From contig JBMOLI010000010.1 of assembly GCA_049325515.1 (NCBI GenBank), forward strand, positions 49,602-113,601: a DNA stretch of 64,000 bases, in the 5' to 3' direction. A program made the translations under genes and the position numbers. Numbering within the stretch: the stretch's first letter is position 1; every line of letters begins with the position of its first letter. This document shows positions 17,629-31,910 of the stretch, one piece after another. Under the pieces are notes generated by a model that did not search any database, was not told where the DNA came from, and saw only the letters and a list, made by a program, of their open reading frames with translations. The stretch is from Actinomycetota bacterium. GTDB taxonomy: Bacteria; Actinomycetota; Acidimicrobiia; Acidimicrobiales; VFJN01.

Positions 17629-19590
17629 TCAGTCAGTGGGCAGCAGCTCCTGGTCGATCACCACACCACGGCCCTCACAGGTGGGACAGCGGCCCGCGAA
17701 GCTCTCGAGCAATCCCTCGCCGATGCGCTTGCGCGTCATCTCGCACAGACCGAGCTCGGAGATCTCGAACACCTGGGTGCGGGTCTTGTCCCTCGCCAGC
17801 GCCTCCCGGAACACCCGGGTGACCTCGTCGCGGTTGGGCTTGATCTCCATGTCGATGAAGTCGACGACGATGATCCCGCCGACATCACGCAGGCGGAGCT
17901 GCCGAGCGATCTCCGTGGCGGCCTCGAGGTTGTTGCGGAACACCGTCTCCTCGAGGTTTGAGGTGCCGACGTTCTTGCCGGTGTTCACGTCGATGACCGT
18001 CAGCGCTTCGGTGTGCTCGATGATCAATGAGCCGCCGGAGGGCAGCCACACCTTGCGATCGAGAGCCTTGTGCAGCTGCTCGTGGATGTGGAGCTGCTCA
18101 TAGAGGGCCAGCGGCTCTTCGCTCGGGTCGAAGTACTCCACCCGGTCGGCCAGCTCGGGGCTGATGCTCGACACGTAGTCGCGCACCGACTCGTAGAGCG
18201 CAAGGTCGTCGATGATCACGCCCCGGTAGTCGCTGTTGAACTCCTCCCGGATGACGCGCACGGCCATGTCGGGCTCGCGGTACAGCAGCGCCGGCGCCTG
18301 CGATCGCTTCGCCAAGGCGTCGATCTGGCCCCACTGGTCGAGCAGGCGGCGCACGTCGAACTCGATCTCCTCCGTGGTGACGCCCTCGGCCGCAGTGCGC
18401 ACGATCACGCCGTGCTCCTTCGGCTTGACCCGGTCGAGGATCGACCGCAGCCTCTTGCGCTCGTCGTCTGACAGGCGCTTGGAGATCCCGTAGGTGGAGC
18501 TGTTGGGGATGAGCACCACGAAGCGGCCGGGCAGGGAGACCTCCTGGGTGAGGCGGGCCCCCTTAGCTCCGATGGGGTTCTTGGTGACCTGGCAGATGAT
18601 CGTCTGCTTGGGCTTCAGCATCTGCTCGATCCGCAGGTTGCTCTGCCCCTTGGCCTTGCCGCCGCCTTCGATGTCTTCTTGGTCGTAGTGCACGTCACCG
18701 CGGTAGAGCACGGCGTTCTTGGGTGTGCTGATGTCGACGAAGGCCGCCTCCATGCCGGGCAGCACGTTCTGCACCTTGCCGAGGTAGATGTTGCCGTGGA
18801 TCTGGGAGACGTCGTCCGCAGGCCTCGACACGTAGTGCTCTATGAGCGCGCGGCCCTCGAGCACCGCGATCTGGGTGGCACCGTGTGAGACGTGCACCGC
18901 CATCAGATAGCGCCCGACAGGGCGGCCCTTGCGCTCACGCCCGCGCCGCGCCTCGAGGATGTCGTCGCCGAGGTCGACGCCGCCGGTGGGCAGCACGGCT
19001 TCGATGGGTGAGCCGGCACCACGGCCGCGACCGCCGTTGGGGCTCTGACCCTGCCGCTGGCCGACCTGCTGGTCGCCTCCCCCACCGCCGCTCCCGCGGC
19101 CTCGCCCGCCACGGCGCCGCTTGCGCTTGGGGGCTGCGCCCTCCGCAGGCTCGCTGCGCCCGTTGGGCCGCCCGGGCGGCGGCATTGCCGGTGCCGGCAT
19201 CGAATCGCCGATCTGTGGCTTGCGGGCCGGCGCGCCACCGGCTGGCGCCTTGGGCACCAGCGCTGCGGCGGCGGCCTCGACCGACGCCGGCTTGCCCTCC
19301 CTGGGAAGGTCGGGGAGCTCAGGGTTCCGGTCGGAGGCCGTGTCGTCTGGGTCGTCGGCGACGGCCTCGCCGCCCAAGGTGTCGGGACGTGCCCGGCTGC
19401 GGTTGCGTCCGCCGCGCGACCCGCGCCGGCGTCGCTTGGCTGCGGCCGACTCGCCGGACGGATCAGCGTCGGGGCCCGAGGCGGTACCGCCGCCTGCGCC
19501 CGCCTCGGGAGCTTCGCCCTGGCTAGACGGCGGGTCCTCGCGCTCGGGCGTGGGCCCCGCGGCGGGGCTGTCTGTGGGTAGGTCGGTCAT
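17629..19590 (-). CDS. rne: ribonuclease E/G family endoribonuclease
   Basis: Arg/Pro/Gly-rich N-terminal extension, then an S1 domain and the RNase E/G catalytic core (NIYLGKVQNVLPGMEAAFVDI, GGIIVVDFIDM, Zn-link CPTCEGRG). Confidence 0.92.
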   Translation of the reverse strand: MTDLPTDSPAAGPTPEREDPPSSQGEAPEAGAGGGTASGPDADPSGESAAAKRRRRGSRGGRNRSRARPDTLGGEAVADDPDDTASDRNPELPDLPREGKPASVEAAAAALVPKAPAGGAPARKPQIGDSMPAPAMPPPGRPNGRSEPAEGAAPKRKRRRGGRGRGSGGGGGDQQVGQRQGQSPNGGRGRGAGSPIEAVLPTGGVDLGDDILEARRGRERKGRPVGRYLMAVHVSHGATQIAVLEGRALIEHYVSRPADDVSQIHGNIYLGKVQNVLPGMEAAFVDISTPKNAVLYRGDVHYDQEDIEGGGKAKGQSNLRIEQMLKPKQTIICQVTKNPIGAKGARLTQEVSLPGRFVVLIPNSSTYGISKRLSDDERKRLRSILDRVKPKEHGVIVRTAAEGVTTEEIEFDVRRLLDQWGQIDALAKRSQAPALLYREPDMAVRVIREEFNSDYRGVIIDDLALYESVRDYVSSISPELADRVEYFDPSEEPLALYEQLHIHEQLHKALDRKVWLPSGGSLIIEHTEALTVIDVNTGKNVGTSNLEETVFRNNLEAATEIARQLRLRDVGGIIVVDFIDMEIKPNRDEVTRVFREALARDKTRTQVFEISELGLCEMTRKRIGEGLLESFAGRCPTCEGRGVVIDQELLPTD

Positions 19591-19605
19591 TCGGAGAGTC
19601 CCTTC

Positions 19606-20369
19606 TCATGACGCACGCGCTCCCGCGTGCGGGGCCGACGTCGCGCCGCTTGCGCCGAGGTCCCCCAGGGGGATCGGCTCGCAGCGGGCGCCGTCGACCG
19701 ACGTCCATTGGTGAGTTCGCAACACACGGCCCTCTAGCCAAGTGGGGTCGAGAGCCCGGAGCAGCTCCGCCGGGCGAAGGCTGCGGGGTTGGGTGGCCAG
19801 CTCTGCTTCGAGCACGACGCTCGAGCGCAGCGGGACCACCCCACTGGGCAGTGCTTTTTCGCCGTCTTCCGCGGAAACGACCGCTAGGGCGAGGATGGCA
19901 GGACGGGCGTCGACGAGCGCTTCGCTACCCTTGCGCTCGACGACGATCGGCAGTTCGTCTGCGCGCAGGGCTCGGTCCACCGCATCCTCGACGGCATCGG
20001 CGGTGGAGCCAACCACCTCGAGCCGCCACGTGGAGCTCGTCACCGACGCCTGGAGCGATTCCGTGCCGAGCTCCAACGGCACAGAGCGCTGAGCAGCCAT
20101 CCCATCTGGCAGAAATGGCGTGACCAGCGCGGGCAGTGCGGCCGGATCGACCGCTGCATCGACGCGGAGATCGATGTCGAGGTACTCGCCCAGGCTCTCG
20201 TAGCCGGTTGACAGGGCCAGCCCGAAGCTCAGCCGAGGCCGAGGCGAGAAGCCCTCGCTGTATGCGACACGGACGCCAGCACGCCGCAGACCGCGCTCCC
20301 ACACGCGGGCGATGTCACGATGCGAGAGGAAGCGGATCTTCCCCAGCTTGGTGAAGCGGACACGCTGCT

Positions 20370-20373
<4 letters not shown>
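19606..20373 (-). CDS. radical SAM-associated protein (DUF2344 / TIGR03936-like)
   Basis: N-terminus RVRFTKLGKIRFLSHRDIARVWERGLRRAG..YSEGFSPRPRLSF is typical of this family. Overlaps the upstream radical SAM gene. Confidence 0.8.
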
Positions 20374-22325
<1,952 letters not shown>

Positions 22326-22409
22326 GGCCTCGTCAGGCTACCGGACCGACCACTCAGCCCTGACATCCCCCCTGGTCAGCGCCCCCAACCCCGGTAGGAC
22401 CAGGTGGCC

Positions 22410-23582
22410 TCAGCTGAAGCGGCGCATGTGGACGTTGAGGACCAGGCCGATGGCGATGAAGGCAGTCAGGGTGCTGGAGCCGCCGTAGCTCATGAAAGGC
22501 AACGGGATGCCCGTGACAGGCATGATGCCCATGGCCATCCCCGTGTTCTCGAACACCTGGAAGACGAACATCGACAGCACGCCTACGCAGATGAGCGTTC
22601 CGAGCGGGTCGCGAGCCAGCTGCGCGGTGCGCCAGATCCGCCAAGCGATGATCGAGAGCAGGGCGAGGATCGAGCCGGCGCCCACGAAGCCGAGCTCTTC
22701 GCCGACGGCGGTGAAGATGAAGTCGGTGTGCTGCTCGGGGACGATGTCGAGCCGGGTCTGGGTGCCTTGGAACAGCCCGGCGCCGAGCACACCGCCCGAG
22801 CCGATGGCGACCTCCGCTTGGTCCTGGTTGTAGGCGGCGTCGCGCTCGGCGCAGTCCTTGTTCTCCTGCTCGAGGAACGAGGTCAAGCGGCACTGCTGGT
22901 ACGTCTCGAGCATCCCCGAGTTGAGCACCACCGCCACGCCGACGATCCCGACGATCGTGAGCGCAGCGATGTGGCGCACCTGAGCCCCGCCGATGAGCAG
23001 CATGCCCATGCTGACGGCGACGAACACGAGCGACGTCCCGAGGTCGGGCTGCAGCAGGATCAACGCCATCGGCACGCCAGCCGCGGCCATGATCACGAGA
23101 AGGCGCCTGGCGTCGAGCTCGCTGTCGAAGTGGGCGATGAGCGACGCGATCGTGACGATGACGACGATCTTGGCCAGCTCAGAGGGTTGGAGCTGGAAGG
23201 GGCCGAGTTGGAACCACGCCTGTGAGCCCTTGCGCTCGCTGCCGAGCCCGGTGACGACCATCGCCAGCATCAGCAGCAGGCCGCCGTACGCGATCGGTGC
23301 GAGCTCGCGGTAGCGCCGGTAGTCGAAGAAGGCGGTCACGACCATGGCAAGCACGCCCACGGCCATGAAAAGCACCTGCTTGGCGACGAAGCTCGTGTCG
23401 AAGTCGGACGGATCGCGACCACGCGTGGCGCTGAAGATCATCAGGCAGCCCAGCGCGCACACGACCAGGACGCAGGCGACCAGCACGACATCGAGGTGAC
23501 GCCAGGGCGCCGCCGGGTTGCGTGAGGTGCGGCCGAGGGCGCCCGGGGCGACACGCGTGCGACTCGGGAGGACCATGGACAT
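22410..23582 (-). CDS. rodA: SEDS family peptidoglycan polymerase RodA
   Basis: FtsW/RodA/SpoVE pattern (QPSELAKI, TDFIFTAVGEELGF, GIPLPFMSYGGSS). The start is set at the ATG that overlaps the mrdA stop (ATGA). Confidence 0.88.
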   Translation of the reverse strand: MSMVLPSRTRVAPGALGRTSRNPAAPWRHLDVVLVACVLVVCALGCLMIFSATRGRDPSDFDTSFVAKQVLFMAVGVLAMVVTAFFDYRRYRELAPIAYGGLLLMLAMVVTGLGSERKGSQAWFQLGPFQLQPSELAKIVVIVTIASLIAHFDSELDARRLLVIMAAAGVPMALILLQPDLGTSLVFVAVSMGMLLIGGAQVRHIAALTIVGIVGVAVVLNSGMLETYQQCRLTSFLEQENKDCAERDAAYNQDQAEVAIGSGGVLGAGLFQGTQTRLDIVPEQHTDFIFTAVGEELGFVGAGSILALLSIIAWRIWRTAQLARDPLGTLICVGVLSMFVFQVFENTGMAMGIMPVTGIPLPFMSYGGSSTLTAFIAIGLVLNVHMRRFS

Positions 23583-25606
23583 CAGTCGCGCACGTCCCCG
23601 CCCTCGGGCACAAGCGCACCGAGGTCGCCGAGCTGGCCACCCTCGGGCGCGGGAGGCAGCGGCACCGTGCCGGAGAGCACGTCGAACAGGCGGCGAGCCA
23701 CGGGCGCCGCGACCGAGCCGCCGTAGCCCGACTCCTCCAAGAGGACCGACACCGCGAACTGCGGCGTGCCGGCCGGTCCGAAGGCAGCGAACACGGCTGT
23801 CGGAGCCTTGCGCGCCACCTGTGCGGTTCCGGTCTTGGCGGCCACCGGGAAGTTGTTCGACGGGAAGCCGCTGAACGCCCCGACCGCGGTACCGCCCTCC
23901 TGAGTGGTCACTCCGACGAGGCCCTCGATCATCGCCTGGCGCCATTCCGGCGCCATCTCCACCTGGCCCGCCTGCTCCGGGGCGATCGCTCGCTTCACCT
24001 CGCCCGTTACGCCGTCGAGAACCTCGCGCGCGACGTGGGGGACCCAGCGGGTGCCTCCGTTGCCGAGGGCGGCGTAGGCGGCCGCCAGCTGGAGCGGCGT
24101 CACGAGGACCTCACCTTGCCCGATCGCCATGTTGACGCTCTTGCCGGTGCGCCACTCCGACGCGTCGTCTGTGCAGGTGACCTGCTCGCAGTACGCGGCG
24201 AGCCACTCCGGCGAAGGGATGCGCCCCTCCTGCTCGCCTGTCAGATCGATGCCCGTGTCGGAGTAGAACCCCCAGCGTTCGAGCAGCTCGGCGAACCGCT
24301 CGGGCCCGCCGAGCGCATCCTGCTCGATCCAGAACCGGGCGCCCAGGTTGTAGTAGTAGAAGTCCGACGACACGGTGAGGGATCGGCGCAGGTCGACCAT
24401 GCCGTAGGCACGGCTGTCGTCGTTGCGGAAGAAGCACGAGTCGCCGCGGCACCCGGGAACCTCGAAGACACCCGTGTCTCGCACCGACGAGTTCGGGGTG
24501 ATCAGCCCGGCTGACAGCGCAGCCGACGCCGTGAAGGGCTTGAAGGTCGAGCCTGGCGCGTACTGACCCTGGAGCGCCCAGTTGTTCAGCGGGTAGTGGT
24601 TGGCGGGGTCGCTGAGGAGCGCCCACTCGTTCTCGCTGATCCCGTCTACGAACCCCTCCGGCGAGAACGTCGGATACGACGCCATGGCGATCACGCCACC
24701 CGTGTTCGGATCGAGCACGACCGTCGATCCGACCTTGCCCACGTTCGGTTCGTCGTACCCGCGGGGTGGACGGCTGGCAGCGCGCGCGAGGCCCGTCTGA
24801 AGTGCCTGCTCAGCGGTGGCCTGCACGTCGATGTCGAGATTCAGGACCACGTCGTCTCCGGGGACCGGCGGCGTGGTCCCCTCGTCGATCACACGGACCG
24901 TGTTGCCGTCCGTGTCGACCTCGATCTGGGTGATCCCCGGCGTGCCCCGCAGGTCGTCCTCATAGACGCGCTCGATGCCAGACTTTCCGATCTCGTCGTT
25001 GAGCGTGTACGGCTTCGGCGTGACGCCTTTGGCGTCGAGCTCCTCCTTGGTGATCTTGCCCGTGTAGCCCAGCACGTGCGCCGCCAACCGCCCGTACGGG
25101 TAGCGGCGCACCGCAACCCGCTCAGCTGCGACCGACGGGAGCTCCTGCGCGTGCTCATCGATCCAGATCTTGAGCTCCTCCGGCACGTCGCCCGCCACGG
25201 GCACCGGCACGTAGGGGCTGAAGCGCTGGTCGGCCACGCGCGCCTCCAGCTGCTCGGCCGTGGTCGGCTTGCCGGAACGCGACAGGCCGTCCGCGAGATG
25301 AGCCAGAACCGCAGCTCGCTCGTCGTCGTCGAGCTCGGCCAGCTGGCTGCGGTCGATCGTCACCTGCACCGAGATCCGGTTGTCGACGAGCACCTTGCCG
25401 TTGCGGTCCAAGATGCGTCCGCGCGGGGCTTCGACGGGGATGGTGCGGATCCGGTTCGACTGGGCCTCGACCTGGTAGTCGTCCGCGACCATCACCTGCA
25501 GGTACCAGAGGCGAGCGAACAGGGAGGCGAAGAGCGCGAAGACGACGATGCCCAGCACCGAGATCCGCAGGCGCGGGGAGTCCTGGTTGACCGAACCGGT
25601 CCTCAT
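23582..25606 (-). CDS. mrdA: penicillin-binding protein 2 (elongation transpeptidase)
   Basis: N-terminal TM segment, SxxK (GSTFKP) and KTG (AAKTGTAQ) motifs. The start is set at the ATG that overlaps the mreD stop. Confidence 0.88.
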   Translation of the reverse strand: MRTGSVNQDSPRLRISVLGIVVFALFASLFARLWYLQVMVADDYQVEAQSNRIRTIPVEAPRGRILDRNGKVLVDNRISVQVTIDRSQLAELDDDERAAVLAHLADGLSRSGKPTTAEQLEARVADQRFSPYVPVPVAGDVPEELKIWIDEHAQELPSVAAERVAVRRYPYGRLAAHVLGYTGKITKEELDAKGVTPKPYTLNDEIGKSGIERVYEDDLRGTPGITQIEVDTDGNTVRVIDEGTTPPVPGDDVVLNLDIDVQATAEQALQTGLARAASRPPRGYDEPNVGKVGSTVVLDPNTGGVIAMASYPTFSPEGFVDGISENEWALLSDPANHYPLNNWALQGQYAPGSTFKPFTASAALSAGLITPNSSVRDTGVFEVPGCRGDSCFFRNDDSRAYGMVDLRRSLTVSSDFYYYNLGARFWIEQDALGGPERFAELLERWGFYSDTGIDLTGEQEGRIPSPEWLAAYCEQVTCTDDASEWRTGKSVNMAIGQGEVLVTPLQLAAAYAALGNGGTRWVPHVAREVLDGVTGEVKRAIAPEQAGQVEMAPEWRQAMIEGLVGVTTQEGGTAVGAFSGFPSNNFPVAAKTGTAQVARKAPTAVFAAFGPAGTPQFAVSVLLEESGYGGSVAAPVARRLFDVLSGTVPLPPAPEGGQLGDLGALVPEGGDVRD

Positions 25607-26130
25607 CGCATGACCGGGCGTGCCCGGACCCGCTCGGACGTGCAGGTGGCCCACCTGACGGCTCGCAGCACAGCCGGTGCGACGATCGCGTTCATCGTGC
25701 CCACCACGAGCGCGATGCGCAGGAGGTCGGTGTCGAGCAGCTCCTCACCCACCATGGTGCCGAACACGCCGTAGAGGATGACACCGAGCGAGCTGGCGAT
25801 GGCCGCGGTCGCCACGGGGATCCACCACGCCGCGCGAAGGACCGAGTCGTGGAGTGACCCGGCCACGTAGGCGACGATCGAATAGGTGAGAGCCGAGAGC
25901 CCGAACGGGCTCTGGAGCAAGAGGTCGAAGCTGATCCCCGCGGCGAACCCGACTGCGGCGCCGCGATCCGCACCGGCAGCCAGTCCGGCGCACACAGCCA
26001 CGAGGAGCATGAGATCGCCCTGCACGTCGAGCAGCTCGAGCCGTGAGACGACACCCAGCTGCACCGTCAGCACGAGCACCAGCAGGAGTGACGTGCGGGT
26101 GGCGATGACGAGCGGGCCTTGCTGCGTCAT
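25603..26130 (-). CDS. mreD: rod shape-determining protein MreD
   Basis: Small polytopic membrane protein located between mreC and mrdA. ATGA overlap with mreC. Confidence 0.8.
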   Translation of the reverse strand: MTQQGPLVIATRTSLLLVLVLTVQLGVVSRLELLDVQGDLMLLVAVCAGLAAGADRGAAVGFAAGISFDLLLQSPFGLSALTYSIVAYVAGSLHDSVLRAAWWIPVATAAIASSLGVILYGVFGTMVGEELLDTDLLRIALVVGTMNAIVAPAVLRAVRWATCTSERVRARPVMR

Positions 26131-26960
26131 CCTTCCTCCCGCCAGATCATCACGGTGACGAAGGCGAGCTTCTCCGTGTTCGCCAGCGGGTCGACGACCA
26201 GCTCGAGCGTGAGGCCTCCGCTTGCCTCCCGTGTTCGGCTCACCTCGCCGACCGGGATGAAGCCGGGAAAGGCGCTCCGATCCGCTCCGCTGGTGGTGAG
26301 GGTCGTGCCCGCCTTGACCTCGACGTCTGCTTCGAGCCCCGTGTCCACGAGCAGGTCCTTCCCAGGCCCCGCGCCGCGCGCCGTCCCGAGAGCGCCATCG
26401 GGCACAAGGCGCACACCGACGGTGAAGTCAGGGTCGGTGATCAGCCGCACGGTCGAGCGCCGCGCCGTCACGAGGACGACCTTGCCCACCAAGCCAGCGC
26501 CGTTGACGACTGGCATCCCCACTCCGAGGCCGTGGTCGGACCCCTTGTCGATGTCGATCGTGTGCGAGAAGTTCGAGGCTGGGCCCGCCACGACGCGAGC
26601 CGTGGCGGTTGGTATGTCGCCGACCCACTCGATCTCGAGCTGCTGGAGGAGCGCCGCCAGCTGTTCCGCCGCGTCCTCGTCCTGCACCGCCTGGCCGCGG
26701 AGCTCATCGAGCTGCGCCCGCAGCTCTTCGTTCTCCGCCTCGAGGTCTCCGTAGTCGGTGACGCCGTGCCACGCGTCGGAGACCGGCTCGGTCACCGTCT
26801 CGGCCGCCCCGCGAAGGGGGGCGAAGGCCGAAGCTGCCACTCGTCTGGCGGAGGCGACTATCTCCGCGTCCCGGAAGTCGAGGGTGAGCACCGCGAGCGA
26901 TGTCAGGACGAGCAGCGCGAGAGTGAGGCGGGATCGGCCGGTGCGCCGGGAGATGGCCAC
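26127..26960 (-). CDS. mreC: rod shape-determining protein MreC
   Basis: N-terminal TM segment, a coiled coil (ENEELRAQLDELRGQ), then beta-rich domains (GMPVVNGAGLVGKV). Confidence 0.88.
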   Translation of the reverse strand: MAISRRTGRSRLTLALLVLTSLAVLTLDFRDAEIVASARRVAASAFAPLRGAAETVTEPVSDAWHGVTDYGDLEAENEELRAQLDELRGQAVQDEDAAEQLAALLQQLEIEWVGDIPTATARVVAGPASNFSHTIDIDKGSDHGLGVGMPVVNGAGLVGKVVLVTARRSTVRLITDPDFTVGVRLVPDGALGTARGAGPGKDLLVDTGLEADVEVKAGTTLTTSGADRSAFPGFIPVGEVSRTREASGGLTLELVVDPLANTEKLAFVTVMIWREEG

Positions 26961-26977
26961 GGGCTACGTCGCGGACG

Positions 26978-28015
<1,038 letters not shown>

Positions 28016-28113
28016 CGCGGCAAGGCCTCCGCTCGCTGCCACCGGCGTTCGGGGCAGACTACTCGTGCGCTTCTCCGGGCGCGCGGCTGCCGCCACGGCG
28101 CTCGGAGGTCCGC

Positions 28114-28143
28114 ATCCTACGCTTCGTAACGGGAACGCAACAA
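28114..28143 (-). promoter_or_regulatory. candidate sigma-70-type promoter for mreBCD
   Basis: On the minus strand: TTGTTG, an 18-nt spacer, then TAGGAT (TANNNT-type -10), ~100 nt upstream of the mreB ATG. Assigned by eye only. Confidence 0.25.
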
Positions 28144-28162
28144 TCGCGAGGGCAGGCGCGCC

Positions 28163-28573
28163 TCAGCGAGCGGGGAACCAGAGCGCGATCTCGCGTGCCG
28201 CGGACTCGGGGCCGTCGGAGGCGTGAACGAGGTTCTCCGTGGTGACCGTCGCGAAGTCGCCCCGGATGGTGCCGGGCTCCGCGTCGTCGACCTTGGTGGC
28301 CCCGACCACCTTGCGGATGAGCGAGAACGTGTTGTCGGCCGGGCCCTCGACGATCATCGCGAACACGGGTGAGCGCGTGAGGAAGGTCACCAGCTCACCG
28401 AAGAACGGCTTGTCGACGTGCTCCGCGTAGTGCTCCTCGGCCAGGGCCTTGTCGACCGAGCGCAGCTCGGCGGCGACGAGCGTGAAGCCCTTGCGCTCCA
28501 GCCGGCCGACGATCTCTCCGACGAGACCGCGCTCGACGGCGTCGGGCTTGCACATCACGAAGGTCTGGTTCAT
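28163..28573 (-). CDS. ndk: nucleoside-diphosphate kinase
   Basis: MNQTFVMCKPDAVERGLVGEIVGRLERKGF and the active-site region NLVHASDG. Confidence 0.93.
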   Translation of the reverse strand: MNQTFVMCKPDAVERGLVGEIVGRLERKGFTLVAAELRSVDKALAEEHYAEHVDKPFFGELVTFLTRSPVFAMIVEGPADNTFSLIRKVVGATKVDDAEPGTIRGDFATVTTENLVHASDGPESAAREIALWFPAR

Positions 28574-28631
28574 GGCCCGCAGGCTAACCACGTCAGTGAG
28601 CCCGCTTGTCCGCATGGCGGCAGCGAAGGTT

Positions 28632-30044
28632 TCACAGAAGCCGAAGGCCGAGGCCTCTGCAGGCCGCTCTCGCCTCGCCGACGGTGTAGAGCGAGCCGGT
28701 GATGAGGACGGCGTCCTCGGCCGCGGCGTCCGACAGGGCGGTCTCGACCGCGCTCTTCACGCTGCGAACCACTCGCGGGCTTCCACCGACTGCGCTGACA
28801 TCCGACGCAAGTGCGTCGGCCGCGAGCGCGCGCGGCGTGTCGGGCTGGCAGCACAAGACATCGACGGCGTGAGCCGCGCCGAGCGCGGTGAGCATCTCGC
28901 TCGGGTCGCGGCCGTCGAGGGTGCCGATGACGAGCCGGAGTGAGCCCGCCACCGCGAAGCCCTCAGCCAGCGTCGCCGCGACTGCACGGCCGCCGTCCGC
29001 GTTGTGCGCGCCGTCGAGCACAACCAGCGGATCGCGTCCGACGATCTCGAACCGACCAGGGTTCCGAACGCCGGCGAAGGCCTCTGCCACCAGGCCGGCA
29101 TCGAGCGGGCGGTCGAAGAACGCCTCGACTGAGGCAAGCGCTATGGCAGCGTTGTCACCCTGGTGCTCGCCGTGCAGCGCGACGAAGACGTCGTCGTAGC
29201 TGCCCCGGGGCGTGCGCAGATCGACCACCCGCCCGCCGACCGCGAGGCGGTTCGTCGCGCAGCCGAAGTCGACGTCGCGCCGCCAGATCTCCCGCGCGGG
29301 CGTGGCCTGGAAGATCGGTTCGAGGGCCGGATCACGCTCCCCCACCACGAAGGTCGACCCAGGCTTGACGATGCCGCACTTCTCCGTCGCGATGCGCTGC
29401 CGCCAGTCGCCCACCCCGTCGGTGTGATCGCGGCCGATGTTGGTGAGGACGGCGACCACGCCGTCGACGACGTTGGTCGCATCCCAGCGCCCCAGCAGGC
29501 CGACCTCGACGACGGCGGCCGCGACCGCCTCGTCGGAGAACCACCGGAATGCGGCTGCGGTGAGCAGCTCGAAGTAGGAGGGCCGGTGCGAGAGCAGCGG
29601 TTCGATCCGGGCGACGTCGCTCAGAACCTGTGCCAGCGCGGCGTCGGCGATGGGCTCGCCGTTGCGGGAGATCCGCTCGTTGACCGTCTCGAGGTGGGGG
29701 CTCGTGTAGGTGCCAGTGGGCAGGTCGTGGGCACCGAGCAGAGCTGTGACCATCCGCGCCACCGAGCCCTTGCCGTTGGTGCCGGTGATGTGGACGGTCG
29801 CCTGGTCGTTCTGGGGGTCGCCCAGCACGCTGCACAGCTCGCGCATGTTGTCGAGCTTCAGGCCCTCGACCTTGCCGGCGACGGCCTTGTCGGCCTCGAG
29901 GTTGATGTGCTGGCCCAGCCAGGCCAGCGCCTGCTCGAGGTTCAGGATGCAGCCCGGCGGGGGCGCTGCTGGCGCGGCGCTTCGCCTCGGGGAACCAGAG
30001 TGGGGTTGACCTTGTCGAGCACGACCTGGCGGTCGATCACGCAC
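28632..30044 (-). CDS. folC: bifunctional folylpolyglutamate synthase / dihydrofolate synthase (start uncertain)
   Basis: Mur-ligase P-loop [10 protein letters not shown] and a FolC-like C-terminal domain. The only upstream ATG (30044) overlaps clpX by ~100 nt. No ATG/GTG/TTG lies between the clpX stop and the internal Met, so the true start is unresolved. Confidence 0.8.
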   Translation of the reverse strand: MRDRPPGRARQGQPHSGSPRRSAAPAAPPPGCILNLEQALAWLGQHINLEADKAVAGKVEGLKLDNMRELCSVLGDPQNDQATVHITGTNGKGSVARMVTALLGAHDLPTGTYTSPHLETVNERISRNGEPIADAALAQVLSDVARIEPLLSHRPSYFELLTAAAFRWFSDEAVAAAVVEVGLLGRWDATNVVDGVVAVLTNIGRDHTDGVGDWRQRIATEKCGIVKPGSTFVVGERDPALEPIFQATPAREIWRRDVDFGCATNRLAVGGRVVDLRTPRGSYDDVFVALHGEHQGDNAAIALASVEAFFDRPLDAGLVAEAFAGVRNPGRFEIVGRDPLVVLDGAHNADGGRAVAATLAEGFAVAGSLRLVIGTLDGRDPSEMLTALGAAHAVDVLCCQPDTPRALAADALASDVSAVGGSPRVVRSVKSAVETALSDAAAEDAVLITGSLYTVGEARAACRGLGLRLL

Positions 30045-31216
30045 TTCTCGACGTCGGTGCGCGACGGCAGGTCGTACATGACGTTGAGGAGCACCTCCTC
30101 GAGGATGGCTCGCAGCCCGCGCGCTCCGGTGCCGCGCAGCAGAGCCTGGTCGGCGACGGCCTCGAGAGCGTCGTCGCTGAACTCGAGCTCGACGTCTTCG
30201 AGCTCGAAGAACTTCTTGAACTGCTTGACCAGCGCGTTCTTGGGCTCACCGAGGATGCGGATGAGGGCCTCGTGGTCGAGCGGCGAGACGGCGCCGATGA
30301 CGGGGAGGCGGCCGATGAACTCGGGGATGAGACCGAACTTGAGGAGATCCTCGGGCAGCACGTTGGTGAGAACGGAACCGGCGTGCTTCTCGTCGTAGCG
30401 GCGGATGTCGGACGTGAATCCGATGCCGTTGGATCCGAGCCTGCCCTCGATGATCTTCTCGATGCCGGCGAAGGCACCGCCGCAGATGAACAGGATGTTG
30501 GTGGTGTCGATCTGGATGAACTCTTGGTGCGGGTGCTTGCGCCCGCCCTGCGGCGGAACCGAGGCGGTGGTGCCTTCCAGGATCTTGAGCAGGGCCTGCT
30601 GCACGCCCTCGCCGGAGACGTCACGGGTGATCGACGGGTTCTCGCTCTTGCGGGCGATCTTGTCGATCTCATCGATGTAGATGATCCCGGTCTCGGCCTT
30701 CTTGACGTCGTAGTCGGCGGCCTGGATCAGCTTGAGCAGGATGTTCTCGACGTCTTCACCGACGTAGCCCGCCTCGGTGAGGGCCGTGGCGTCGGCGATT
30801 GCGAAGGGCACGTTCAGCATCCGGGCGAGGGTCTGCGCGAGCAGCGTCTTGCCGCAGCCGGTGGGGCCCAGCAACAGGATGTTCGACTTGGCGAGCTCGA
30901 CGTCGTCGTGGTGGGAGGCGCCGAACTGCACGCGCTTGTAGTGGTTGTAGACGGCGACAGAGAGGATCTTCTTGGCGTGGTCCTGACCGATGATGTAGTC
31001 GTTCAGGAAGTCGTAGATCTCACGCGGCTTGGGCAGCTCGTCGAAGCGGAGCTCAGAGGTCTCGGAGAGCTCCTCCTCGATGATCTCGTTGCAGAGATCG
31101 ATGCACTCGTCGCAGATGTAGACGCCGGGCCCGGCGATGAGCTTCTTGACCTGCTTCTGCGACTTGCCGCAGAACGAGCACTTCAGCAGCTCTCCGCCGT
31201 CTCCGAACTTGGCCAC
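29942..31216 (-). CDS. clpX: ATP-dependent Clp protease ATP-binding subunit ClpX
   Basis: GTG start ([27 protein letters not shown] zinc finger) with GGGGGA upstream. Walker A GPTGCGKT. Confidence 0.95.
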   Translation of the reverse strand: MAKFGDGGELLKCSFCGKSQKQVKKLIAGPGVYICDECIDLCNEIIEEELSETSELRFDELPKPREIYDFLNDYIIGQDHAKKILSVAVYNHYKRVQFGASHHDDVELAKSNILLLGPTGCGKTLLAQTLARMLNVPFAIADATALTEAGYVGEDVENILLKLIQAADYDVKKAETGIIYIDEIDKIARKSENPSITRDVSGEGVQQALLKILEGTTASVPPQGGRKHPHQEFIQIDTTNILFICGGAFAGIEKIIEGRLGSNGIGFTSDIRRYDEKHAGSVLTNVLPEDLLKFGLIPEFIGRLPVIGAVSPLDHEALIRILGEPKNALVKQFKKFFELEDVELEFSDDALEAVADQALLRGTGARGLRAILEEVLLNVMYDLPSRTDVEKCVIDRQVVLDKVNPTLVPRGEAPRQQRPRRAAS

Positions 31217-31250
31217 GTCGTAATCCCCCGTTGCCTCTCGTGATGCCGGG

Positions 31251-31910
31251 TCAGCTGGCCCGGGTGATCGGTCCGGTGTTGTCGGCCAGCGTACGGGCCG
31301 TGATGACCTCGTCGATGATGCCGTACTCGCGGGCCTCATCCGCGGACATCACGAAGTCGCGCTCGGTGTCGGTGTGGATCTTCTCCGAGTCCTGCCCGGT
31401 GTGGTGGGCCAGAAGGTCGTCGAGCTGGATGCGCATGCGCAGGATCTCACGGGCTGCCAGCTCGACGTCGGTGGCCTGACCGCCGGCCTGACCCCACGGC
31501 TGGTGCAGCAGGACGCGGGCGTGGGGAAGAGCCAGGCGCTTGCCCTTCGTGCCCGCAGCGAGCAGCACCGCCGCGGCTGACGCCGCTTGCCCGAAGCAGA
31601 TGGTGGAGATGTCGGGCTTGACGAAGCTCATCGTGTCGTAGATCGCGAAGAGCGCCGTGATGTCGCCGCCCGGACTGTTGATGTAGATGTTGATGTCGCG
31701 GTCGGCGTTCTCCGACTCGAGGTGGAGCAGCTGGGCGCAGATGAGGTTCGCGATCGTGTCGTCGATCGGGGTGCCCAGGAAGATGATGTGCTCCTTGAGC
31801 AGACGGCTGTAGAGGTCGTAGGCGCGCTCGCCCCGGTTGGTCGACTCGACGACCGTCGGCACCAGGTAGTTGCGGATCACGTTCTGGTGCTGGCCGATGA
31901 GCTCTGTCAC
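31251..31910 (-). CDS. clpP: ATP-dependent Clp protease proteolytic subunit
   Basis: ClpP pattern ([45 protein letters not shown]). The GTG start overlaps the tig stop (GTGA). Confidence 0.9.
   Translation of the reverse strand: MTELIGQHQNVIRNYLVPTVVESTNRGERAYDLYSRLLKEHIIFLGTPIDDTIANLICAQLLHLESENADRDINIYINSPGGDITALFAIYDTMSFVKPDISTICFGQAASAAAVLLAAGTKGKRLALPHARVLLHQPWGQAGGQATDVELAAREILRMRIQLDDLLAHHTGQDSEKIHTDTERDFVMSADEAREYGIIDEVITARTLADNTGPITRAS

Noticed and set aside
29945-30044. ATG at 30044 as the folC start.
   Set aside because: Not rejected outright. It would overlap clpX by about 100 nt and adds an Arg/Pro/Ala-rich segment. No canonical start exists between the clpX stop and the internal Met, so the start is left unresolved.
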